Shown piece by piece: positions 49,144 through 57,081 of a stretch of DNA of 57,081 nucleotides. The notes beneath the pieces were generated by a model. The model saw only the letters and a program-made list of their open reading frames with translations, ran no database searches and was not told the origin of the DNA. The position numbers and the translations under genes are program-made. The stretch is from Alphaproteobacteria bacterium UBA2964 (GTDB lineage: Bacteria > Pseudomonadota > Alphaproteobacteria > MPNO01 > UBA2964), in contig CAJJCG010000084.1 in assembly GCA_905182615.1 (NCBI GenBank), positions 1-57,081 on the forward strand, read 5' to 3'. Positions within the stretch are counted from its first letter, which is position 1, and each line of letters opens with the position of its first letter.

Positions 49144-50019
49144 ATGACTGATTTAATCAACGGTCCTGACTGGCACCCCAAGAGACCTAAATTCCAACCA
49201 CCGCCACTGAGCTGCGACACACACGCTCACCTCTACGGGCCCTATACGCGCTTTCCCATCGACCCGGCCAAGGGCGACGGCCCAGATACCAGCTATGAAC
49301 AATACAGAAACATGCTTGATGTGTTGGGTGTCGAGCGCGCTGTTCTTGTCCAGGCGCGGGATTACGGTGGCATCGACCAGGTGACTGTTGATGCAATTGA
49401 AAGATCGGAAGGCCGTATTCGCGGTATTGCCGCAATGCCACGAGATGCAATCGAAAGGCATCTCGATTTCTTGGTCGAAAAGAATTTTTGTGGAATTCGT
49501 CTATCGAGTTTTTCACCAGGTGCTGTCCGGCTGGATCAACTCGAAGCAATGGCACCGCTCATGGAAGAGCTCGGCTGGGCGACCCTCATTCATCTGACAG
49601 ACATTGAAGAAATCATTGAGCTCGCTCCCCGTATTGAAAAGCTGTCAGCAAATATTATATTTGATCATCTAGCCCGGGTTCGCAGCCATAACACACTCGA
49701 CAGTCCTGGATTCCGAACTCTGCTAGCATTGCTCCGAGACACTGATCATTGCTGGGCCAAAATCTGTAGCTGGTATCGATTATCCAGGTCCGGAGCGCCC
49801 TACGACGATATGACGCCATACGCCCGGGCGCTAATCGAGACAAGACCGGACCGCCTCGTCTGGGGAACCAACTGGCCACATCCCAATTCATACATTGCCA
49901 CGCCAAATGATGGTGATTTACTGGATCAGTTTATGAATTGGGCCGACGACAACGAAACACGGCAACAAATCCTGGTCGACAATCCAGCACGGCTATTTGG
50001 CTTTGAGACACCAGCTTAA
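49144..50019 (+). CDS. Amidohydrolase, 2-pyrone-4,6-dicarboxylate lactonase (LigI)-like
   Basis: CDTHAH, GVERAVLVQ, IFDHLA, PDRLVWGTNWPHP, ILVDNPARLF. Confidence 0.85.
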   Translation: MTDLINGPDWHPKRPKFQPPPLSCDTHAHLYGPYTRFPIDPAKGDGPDTSYEQYRNMLDVLGVERAVLVQARDYGGIDQVTVDAIERSEGRIRGIAAMPRDAIERHLDFLVEKNFCGIRLSSFSPGAVRLDQLEAMAPLMEELGWATLIHLTDIEEIIELAPRIEKLSANIIFDHLARVRSHNTLDSPGFRTLLALLRDTDHCWAKICSWYRLSRSGAPYDDMTPYARALIETRPDRLVWGTNWPHPNSYIATPNDGDLLDQFMNWADDNETRQQILVDNPARLFGFETPA

Positions 50020-50047
50020 TTTAATAGCGTCGTCTTATGACCGGCCC

Positions 50048-51003
50048 TCAGGTGTAAAGTCTCTCGCCTTCCATACCCTTGTATAGGTCGGTAACGAATT
50101 CCCCGTAGCCATTAAATGGCTGCGTCGGTACGCGACCGAGTTTTCCTAAAACACGCTCTGTCGCCTGGTTCCAGCGCCGGTGCGATACTTTTGGGTTCAC
50201 ATTCGCTCAGAAACCGTATTCCGTCGGGTTTACTTTCTCCCAAAATGTCAGCGGCTGTTTCTCTGTAAAGGTAAACTGAGAAATCGATTTAATCGATTTA
50301 AAGCCATACTTCCAGGACACTGCTATTCTTAACGAAGCGCCGTTCTGCTTGGGGATCGGTTTGCCGTAAAGGCCTGTCGCAATAAAGGCGAGGTCATTCG
50401 TCGCCTCGGCAATGGTCAGCCCTTCGCGATAGAGCCAAGGATACCAGCCCTGTTACTGACCAGATGCGACCGTCGGATTATGAAAGGTTTCCATCTACAA
50501 ATACTTTGCGGAGCCAAGCGGCTTGGCGGGACCCACCAGCGCTTTCAAAGCAAACCTCGACCAAAGGTGCCTCAACGCAGCGTTGTCGATAAAGCCGTTC
50601 CTCAAGGGGCATTTTCTTGAGGAGTTCATCTATACCCAACGTGATTGGTTCTCTACCAATCCATCAATTTCACTTCCCAAGGCCGTAGTGGTAGTACCTG
50701 AGATGCCCACCAGATGTTCTTGTAGGAGCCGAAATTGTTATAGGTCGTCGCGAGCTTTTCAGGGGTTTCAGGTCGATCCAGCTTGAAGCGGGTATTCCGC
50801 TTCACGGGATACAGTGATGCACTGGAAACACTTTTATAGGTGACTGGTGAATTATCTTCACACGCAGCCAGCAATGGCGCAGCTCCTGCGATCAATCCAC
50901 CCAGCCCCATCGTCTTCAATAGTGAGCGATGGTCGCGATAAACGCCCTCCGGGGTTGTCTATAATTCTTTGAGTTCCTAGTCACGGCGCTGGCGGATCGG
51001 CAT
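50048..51003 (-). pseudogene. msrP: Methionine sulfoxide reductase catalytic subunit MsrP, disrupted
   Basis: MPIRQRRD*ELKEL*TTPE... (TAG at 50977-79 and 50959-61), [71 protein letters not shown]; frameshifts and deletions. Confidence 0.9.
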
Positions 51004-51107
51004 GATTTTAGACCTTTATATTCCTCTTCCCATGAACATGGCATCACCCCACCATCTCACTAATAACGTTTTCGCGAGCGAAAAGACAAAACTCCCTAAC
51101 ACTTCAA

Positions 51108-51136
51108 TTGACCCTATGGACAGCGGAAACTAGATT
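51108..51136 (+). promoter_or_regulatory. Candidate sigma70 promoter (TTGACC-N17-TAGATT) for fdh alpha
   Basis: Well-spaced hexamers 30 nt upstream of ATG 51166. Confidence 0.5.
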
Positions 51137-51165
51137 GAGTCCGTAGTTTGCTTCAGGCGGATATA

Positions 51166-53931
51166 ATGGCAGAGAAGATAGAATTTACCCTCGACGGAAA
51201 AACCGTAACCGCGGAACCGGATGAGACGATTTGGCAGGTTGCCGACCGCGTTGGCACCGAAGTTCCTCATCTATGTTATTCCCCAGAACCGGGCTACCGG
51301 TCGGACGGCAATTGCCGCGCCTGCATGGTCGAGATCGAAGGCGAACGCGTCCTGGCCGCCTCTTGTATTCGCAAACCCGCCGACGGCATGACTGTGACCA
51401 CCGCCAGCGAGCGCGCCAAAAAAGCCCGCAAGATGGTATTTGAGCTTTTGGTCGCGGATCAGCCGGACCGGGCCACTCATCACGATGACGATTCCCGTTT
51501 TTGGCGTTGGGCTGACAAAATTGGTGTCGAGTCCAGCCGGTTCCCTGCAAAAAATTCACCGAACACCGATCCGAGCCATCCCGCGATGGCGGTCAATCTG
51601 GATGCCTGTATCAACTGCACCCTTTGCGTACGCGCCTGCCGCGAAGTTCAGGTCAACGATGTTATTGGAATGGCCCAACGTGGATCAGAAGCAAAAATTG
51701 TCTTTGATCTTGACGATCCAATGGGTGAAAGCACCTGCGTTGCGTGTGGCGAATGTGTACAGGCCTGCCCCACTGGCGCGCTTCTGCCAAAATCTGTAAC
51801 GACGGCGGAACAACCGGGTCGCGTTCAAGCCGACCGCAAAGTAGATTCAGTCTGCCCCTATTGCGGTGTAGGTTGCCAACTGACCTACCACCTGAAAGAC
51901 GACAAGCTTCTATACGTGACTGGTCGCGACGGCCCCGCCAACGAAAACCGGCTCTGCGTCAAAGGTCGCTTCGGGTTCGATTACGCGCACCATCCGCACC
52001 GTCTGACTGTGCCGTTGATCCGTAAGGATGACGCGCCAAAGGACGCCGTAGAGGACATCGATCCAGCCAACCCGCTAACCCATTTCCGCGAAGCCAGTTG
52101 GGAAGAAGCCCTCGAACGAGCGGCTGGTGGATTGCGGCAAATTCGTGATGATCATGGCGGCGGTGCGTTGGCCGGGTTTGGTTCAGCCAAGGGATCAAAC
52201 GAAGAAGCTTATCTTTTCCAAAAACTGGTCCGGACCGGCTTCGGCACCAATAATGTCGATCATTGCACCAGGCTGTGCCATGCCTCATCCGTGGCCGCCC
52301 TCATGGAGTGTATCGGGTCTGGCGCCGTCACCGCACCGTTTACGGCGGTCCGGGATGCAGAAGTCATTATCGTGATTGGCGCAAATCCCACGGAAAATCA
52401 TCCGGTCGCAGCCACTTTCTTCAAGCAAGCCGTCAAGGACGGCAAGACCTTGATCGTCATGGACCCCCGTGGCCAGGCATTGAAGCGCCATGCAAAACAC
52501 ATGCTACAGTTCAAGCCCGGCGGCGATGTTTCGATGCTCAATGCCATCATGCATGTGATCGTCGAAGAGAAACTCTATGACGAGCAGTATATTCAGGCCC
52601 ATACAGACGGCTTTGAAGAACTCAAGAAACACCTCGCTGACTTCCCACCAGAAAAGATGGCAGAAGTTTGCGGTATCGATGCAGAAACACTCCGCACCGT
52701 TGCACGCACATACGCGACGTCGAATGCCTCAATCATATTTTGGGGTATGGGCATCTCGCAGCATATTCACGGCACCGACAATGCTCGATGCCTGATCGAT
52801 CTCTCTCTCATGACAGGACAAGTCGGTCGACCCGGCACTGGACTGCACCCTTTGCGCGGTCAGAACAACGTACAAGGCGCTTCCGATGCCGGCTTGGTAC
52901 CGATGTTCTACCCGGATTATCAGCTCGTCACCGAGGAAGACACTCGCAAACAGTTTGAGGAGTTTTGGAACACTGAACTCGACCCGGAACGTGGCCTGAC
53001 CGTGGTGGAGATCATGGACGAAGTTCATGCCGGTAATATCCGCGGCATGTATGTCATGGGGGAGAACCCAGCCATGTCAGACCCCGATGCCCAACATGCA
53101 CGTGAGGCCCTCGCCAAACTGGAAACGCTAGTCGTACAGGATATTTTCCTGACGGAGACCGCGTTCCATGCAGATGTTGTATTGCCCGCATCCGCTTGGC
53201 CAGAGAAAGACGGCACAGTTACCAATACTAACCGTCAGGTACAGATGGGCAGACACGCGCTACCACTCCAAGGAGAAACCCGGCAGGACTGGTCGATCAT
53301 TCAGGACATGGCGCGCGGCCTTGGACTCGACTGGAACTACACGCACCCCAGCGAAGTTTTCACCGAGATGGCGCAGATCATGCCCTCAATGAAGAATATT
53401 ACTTGGGATCGCGTCGAGCGTGAGAGCGCTGTTACCTATCCTTGCGATGGACCTGATGTGCCTGGCAACGAAATCGTCTTTGGCGATGGCTTCCCCACCG
53501 ATTCCGGCCACGCCAAAATGGTCGCCGCTGATATAGTACCGCCCGCCGAACTACCAGACGATGAATACCCAATGGTATTGACCACTGGCCGCCAGCTAGA
53601 GCATTGGCATACTGGCGCAATCACCAGACGAGCGAGTGTTCTTGATGCCCTTGAACCGGAGGCTGTCGCCTGCCTTAACGCTCGAGACATACGGGATATG
53701 GGTGTCAGACCTGGGGATATGGTCCGAGTTGCGACCCGCCGTGGCGTTCTGGAGATAAAGGCCCGCGTTGACCGAGCCGTTCCGCAGGGCGTCGTGTTTA
53801 TTCCCTTCTGTTATGCGGAGGCGCCCGCTAACTTCCTGACCAATCCGCAGCTCGATCCGTTTGGCAAAATCCCGGAGTTCAAATTCTGCGCAGCCAGGGT
53901 CGAAAGCGCACAAGCAGCGGCAGCGGAATAG
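51166..53931 (+). CDS. fdhF: NAD-dependent formate dehydrogenase alpha subunit (Cys ligand; Fdh1A-like)
   Basis: GNCRACMVE, CINCTLCVRAC, CVACGECVQACP, CPYCGVGC, VDHCTRLCH, LRGQNNVQG, GKIPEFKFCA. Confidence 0.95.
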   Translation: MAEKIEFTLDGKTVTAEPDETIWQVADRVGTEVPHLCYSPEPGYRSDGNCRACMVEIEGERVLAASCIRKPADGMTVTTASERAKKARKMVFELLVADQPDRATHHDDDSRFWRWADKIGVESSRFPAKNSPNTDPSHPAMAVNLDACINCTLCVRACREVQVNDVIGMAQRGSEAKIVFDLDDPMGESTCVACGECVQACPTGALLPKSVTTAEQPGRVQADRKVDSVCPYCGVGCQLTYHLKDDKLLYVTGRDGPANENRLCVKGRFGFDYAHHPHRLTVPLIRKDDAPKDAVEDIDPANPLTHFREASWEEALERAAGGLRQIRDDHGGGALAGFGSAKGSNEEAYLFQKLVRTGFGTNNVDHCTRLCHASSVAALMECIGSGAVTAPFTAVRDAEVIIVIGANPTENHPVAATFFKQAVKDGKTLIVMDPRGQALKRHAKHMLQFKPGGDVSMLNAIMHVIVEEKLYDEQYIQAHTDGFEELKKHLADFPPEKMAEVCGIDAETLRTVARTYATSNASIIFWGMGISQHIHGTDNARCLIDLSLMTGQVGRPGTGLHPLRGQNNVQGASDAGLVPMFYPDYQLVTEEDTRKQFEEFWNTELDPERGLTVVEIMDEVHAGNIRGMYVMGENPAMSDPDAQHAREALAKLETLVVQDIFLTETAFHADVVLPASAWPEKDGTVTNTNRQVQMGRHALPLQGETRQDWSIIQDMARGLGLDWNYTHPSEVFTEMAQIMPSMKNITWDRVERESAVTYPCDGPDVPGNEIVFGDGFPTDSGHAKMVAADIVPPAELPDDEYPMVLTTGRQLEHWHTGAITRRASVLDALEPEAVACLNARDIRDMGVRPGDMVRVATRRGVLEIKARVDRAVPQGVVFIPFCYAEAPANFLTNPQLDPFGKIPEFKFCAARVESAQAAAAE

Positions 53932-53936
53932 CGCGC

Positions 53937-54302
53937 TCAACCTTTCGGCGGTGGATTTAACAAAGCTGCGAAATCTAAGATCTCTTGTCGGACAGCTTGA
54001 CCTGCCTTATCTTCCATAGATCGGTATCGCTTCAACGCGTCAAACCCTGCATCGGTCACCCGCGCACCACCGCCACCGGCCCCGCCAGCATTCTTCGTCA
54101 CTAACGGCGACTTAAAATCACCATTCATTGCATCAATAAGCTTCCAGGCCCGACGATAGGACATCCCCATTTCACGCGCAGCGCCGGTGATAGAACCTGT
54201 GCGATCGACGACTTCCAATAGCGCGACCTTGCCGGGGCCAAGGGCCACAGCGGCACCAAGCAGTATTTTGAGAGTTGGGGTTTCTTCGCGGGTCTTCGTC
54301 AT
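53937..54302 (-). CDS. modE: ModE-family winged-HTH regulator (N-terminal domain only)
   Basis: LGPGKVALLE...GSITGAAREMGMSYRRAW...GGAGGGGA.VT; no TOBE domains. Confidence 0.88.
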   Translation of the reverse strand: MTKTREETPTLKILLGAAVALGPGKVALLEVVDRTGSITGAAREMGMSYRRAWKLIDAMNGDFKSPLVTKNAGGAGGGGARVTDAGFDALKRYRSMEDKAGQAVRQEILDFAALLNPPPKG

Positions 54303-54335
54303 ATCGTCGATAAAACTACCTGCACCCTGCCTTCG

Positions 54336-54959
54336 TCAAGATATGTAAGACAGAACGTCTTCAGCTCGGGTGAGATCTTCTGGTCGATTGACATTCAAAA
54401 ATGGATCGACCGGATCAATGGCCCAGTTGGCACGACCCAACCGATAGCGTGCGGTCCAGACATCAACCTTGCGAATGTCCTCATCAACCAGAGCGGTGCG
54501 TAGCTCCGCCGCCAACGCGACTGGCCAAAGTCCAATAACTGGCTGATCCCGGCCATTGGACGACGCGCAGCCGAGTTCACCGTTTTGGTCTTCAATAGCT
54601 CCTGACAGGCGGGAAATCAGATCGTTTGGCGCGAAGGGCGCATCACAAGCAAAGCTAGCAACCCAACTGCAGGCAGGCCGATTATCGCGAGACCATTCCA
54701 ACCCGGTGAGAATCCCAGCGAGAGGCCCGGCAAAGCCGTCAACAACATCACCAACTACGGGCAAGCCGTATTCTTTAAAACGAGCGGGATCACCATTGGC
54801 ATTCAGAATGAGTTCATCGACCTGCGGCCGAGCGACATCAATAACGCGCGCGAGCAATGTTTTTCCGCCAAGCATTTTCAGACACTTGTCACCGCCACCC
54901 ATCCGACGAGACTGACCACCGGCCAATAGTAGACCACAAACACCCCCTTCAATCCGCAT
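54336..54959 (-). CDS. mobA: Molybdenum cofactor guanylyltransferase
   Basis: LLAGGQSRRMGGGDK, LNANGDP.RF, GPLAGIL, ACDAPF, FLNVN; AGGAG RBS before ATG 54959. Confidence 0.93.
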   Translation of the reverse strand: MRIEGGVCGLLLAGGQSRRMGGGDKCLKMLGGKTLLARVIDVARPQVDELILNANGDPARFKEYGLPVVGDVVDGFAGPLAGILTGLEWSRDNRPACSWVASFACDAPFAPNDLISRLSGAIEDQNGELGCASSNGRDQPVIGLWPVALAAELRTALVDEDIRKVDVWTARYRLGRANWAIDPVDPFLNVNRPEDLTRAEDVLSYIS

Positions 54960-55542
54960 TCGCAAACAACTCCTGAGTCGATGGAATTTCGATAGCGGTG
55001 TCTCCAATAACACTTTCGATCAACCGACACCCCGCGGCATCGACATTGGAAAAATCACTGACGACCAAAATCTCGTGGTCGAATTCCCCAGGGTTGATGC
55101 TTTGAATATTTTCCGGTTGTTCATGCATGATGTCTTCAGCCCGCGCCTTCAACATCGCTTCAATCAACGTGAGATAATCGACGTCAAAACCGTCTTCTGC
55201 CAACGCAAAATAAAACCGGGTCCGCAAAACTTCCTCAATCGCCAGAGGCGCGACGGTGATAATCTCGTTAAGAGCCAAAAAACGGTTCTCAGGACCATGC
55301 TCCACCACAATTTGGCCACTAGCGTCCCGCAAAGGCTGGTGTAACGAGAGAAGACGCGTTAGGTGCTGATCAAAACGCATCATCAAATGGCCTGATTGGC
55401 CGACATAAGCAATGGTTCGGTCGCCCTGATAGCGTTTGAGACGGAGATAAATACCGGCTTCATTAATGGCGTCGACCGCATTTGGATCCGTTGGAAAATT
55501 TCCTGCCCCGACAGGACCTCGCCAGCAAAGGTTTAAATCCAT
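54949..55542 (-). CDS. Putative GIY-YIG nuclease-domain protein
   Basis: AGIY-x13-AYVGQS...LMMRFDQH...LIEAML...ENIQ; tightly coupled to fdhD and mobA. Confidence 0.65.
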   Translation of the reverse strand: MDLNLCWRGPVGAGNFPTDPNAVDAINEAGIYLRLKRYQGDRTIAYVGQSGHLMMRFDQHLTRLLSLHQPLRDASGQIVVEHGPENRFLALNEIITVAPLAIEEVLRTRFYFALAEDGFDVDYLTLIEAMLKARAEDIMHEQPENIQSINPGEFDHEILVVSDFSNVDAAGCRLIESVIGDTAIEIPSTQELFANAD

Positions 55543-55548
55543 GCGGCG

Positions 55549-56430
55549 CTATCCGGCTTCTTTGGTAGAAGCCGCCTTGCGATGAGCCCCTTCAGGCTCG
55601 TCGTCGACGGTTTCTGGCTTTGCATCAAAATTAATACGGCTCTCACCGGCGAGCGCCAAAAACCGCTTACCGCGGGCTCGGCCGATTAACGTAAGATTTG
55701 CCTGACGCGCTAGATCCACACCCCAGGCGGTAAACCCAGACCGCGAGATCAGAATGGGGATTTCCATTTGAACCGCCTTGATGACCATTTCACTGGTAAG
55801 CCGTCCCGTCGTGTAAAACATTTTGCCCGCAGGTTTGATGCCATTCAGAAACATGTAGCCGGCGATTTTATCGACCGCATTATGCCGACCAACATCCTCC
55901 ATATAGATTAGAGGTGTCTCTCGTTCGCACAGGACACATCCGTGAATGGCGCCGGCTTCAAGATACAGGCTCGGAGTCGTATTGATCGTTTTTGACAAGG
56001 CGTAAAGCCAGGACGTCCTGAGTTCTGCGGATGGATCAAGCGTGATGTCTTCAAACTTCTCCATAACATCACCGAAAACGGTGCCAACGGCGCAACCAGA
56101 TGTGCGGGTCTTCTTTTTTAACTTTTGCTCATAATCTGTTTCACGTTCGGTCCTGACAACAACAGTTTCAATCTCAGGATCGTAATCGATGGCGGTAATA
56201 AGATCATCCTGCTGCAGCATGTTCTGGTTCAACAGAAACCCAACAGCAAGACAGTCGGGATAATCACCGATTGTCATCATAGTGACGATTTCCTGATCAT
56301 TCAGATAGAGGGTCAGGGGTCGCTCAACGGTCACCGTCGTATCAACCGGGCGTCCGTCATGATCGACACCGGATACCCTTTCGGTGAGTCTGACATCTTT
56401 GGGGTCTGGCGAAATCAGGTAATTGGTCAT
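55549..56430 (-). CDS. fdhD: Formate dehydrogenase accessory sulfurtransferase FdhD
   Basis: ERPLTLYLN, TSGCAVG, EDVGRHNAVDK, TTGRLTSEMVIK. Confidence 0.93.
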   Translation of the reverse strand: MTNYLISPDPKDVRLTERVSGVDHDGRPVDTTVTVERPLTLYLNDQEIVTMMTIGDYPDCLAVGFLLNQNMLQQDDLITAIDYDPEIETVVVRTERETDYEQKLKKKTRTSGCAVGTVFGDVMEKFEDITLDPSAELRTSWLYALSKTINTTPSLYLEAGAIHGCVLCERETPLIYMEDVGRHNAVDKIAGYMFLNGIKPAGKMFYTTGRLTSEMVIKAVQMEIPILISRSGFTAWGVDLARQANLTLIGRARGKRFLALAGESRINFDAKPETVDDEPEGAHRKAASTKEAG

Positions 56431-56641
56431 CGATTATATATGTACCGTGATCCGGCGGCGGGCAATAGAAATGCTGGATACCAATCCCACTGTAAGGTAT
56501 TTAAGATGAATCAAAGTGCGATCCGAGAAGCCTAATCGGAAAGTTTTAGAGTTAGCCGAAAGGTTATCGGCGTAGCAGAAAAAATTAGGCTGCGACCTTA
56601 ATCAGGGAGTATTTTATTTAGCGTGGATGGGCTGTTTTGGT

Positions 56642-57025
56642 GGACCGGGCAGAACTCGGCAGATCCTGGACAGCTTGTTGAACAATGCCATTAAATTCAC
56701 GAATACTGGCGGATCCTTTGGCATTGATGTCCAAGCAGTCGACATAAATACCGTCGCCTTTACGGTATAGGATACCGGCATAGGTATCCCCGACGATCAG
56801 TACCAACAAATTTTCGCGAGTGTTCATCAGGTGGTCTCGAACATCTTAAGTACCCCGACAGAAGGCACCGGCCTCGGGGTCACAATTTCATGACAGCTCG
56901 CCCAACTCATGGGCGGCGAGATATCTGTCGATAGCGCGCCGAATCGTAGTTCCCGTTTCACCGTCAGCCTGCCACGGGCCAATAATCGAGACGTCGTGGA
57001 TCAAAGCCTCGACACCTACTCTTAA
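56642..57025 (+). pseudogene. Histidine kinase HATPase_c domain remnant
   Basis: RQILDSLLNNAIKFT...FTV*DTGIGIP...EGTGLGVTIS*QLAQLMGGEISVDS...FTVSLP; in-frame TAG 56768-70 and TGA 56891-93; no start or HisKA domain upstream. Confidence 0.88.
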
Positions 57026-57081
57026 ATTTTTCGCAAATCAGTCGTTCCTCTTTTTCTTTTGCACTTACAGCGCTATATTCC

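Noticed and set aside
51166-53931. Selenocysteine-containing FDH
   Set aside because: The active-site motif reads CTRLCH with TGC Cys and the ORF is uninterrupted
56618-56827. 69-aa minus-strand ORF
   Set aside because: Antisense shadow of the histidine kinase pseudogene
21409-57025. Stop-codon reassignment or readthrough explaining in-frame stops
   Set aside because: All three stop types occur inside broken genes together with frameshifts and deletions, and intact genes end in TAA, TAG and TGA normally
1-57081. CRISPR arrays, tRNA/rRNA genes, IS elements, integrases or prophage genes
   Set aside because: No spaced direct repeats, recognisable structural RNA genes or mobile-element proteins seen by eye; short ncRNAs cannot be excluded without an Infernal/Rfam scan

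Overview
A 57-kb gene-dense, roughly 50% GC bacterial chromosomal segment. Gene content (TIGR02444, ZapE, IspZ, DUF3553, Methylorubrum-FDH1-like formate dehydrogenase, ModE wHTH) points to an alphaproteobacterium, probably a marine Rhodospirillales-like lineage (inference). It is dominated by catabolic enzymes: (i) an acuI-ACAD-PaaI thioesterase-ADP-forming CoA ligase-hydroxycinnamoyl-CoA hydratase/lyase operon with an inverted ACAD paralog; (ii) three tandem SDR paralogs; (iii) an enolase-superfamily/VOC dioxygenase/FAH/MBL operon divergent from a Mo-hydroxylase plus copper chaperone; (iv) a divergent CoA ligase/heteromeric ACAD/Cys-less thiolase/DUF35 cluster; and (v) a split NAD-linked formate dehydrogenase locus with fdhD-GIY-YIG-mobA-modE. 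Reading the intergenic regions by hand shows several decayed genes that the ORF track misses or fragments: a DUF3012 lipoprotein, an AsmA/DUF748-like gene, msrP, two histidine kinase ATPase remnants and a possibly frameshifted DUF2141. All are envelope or signalling functions. I found no rRNA, tRNA, CRISPR array, integrase or transposase. Best candidates for undescribed biology are the GIY-YIG nuclease embedded in the molybdenum/tungsten cofactor operon and the non-canonical catabolic modules. All functional calls come from motif recognition by eye, without database searches.
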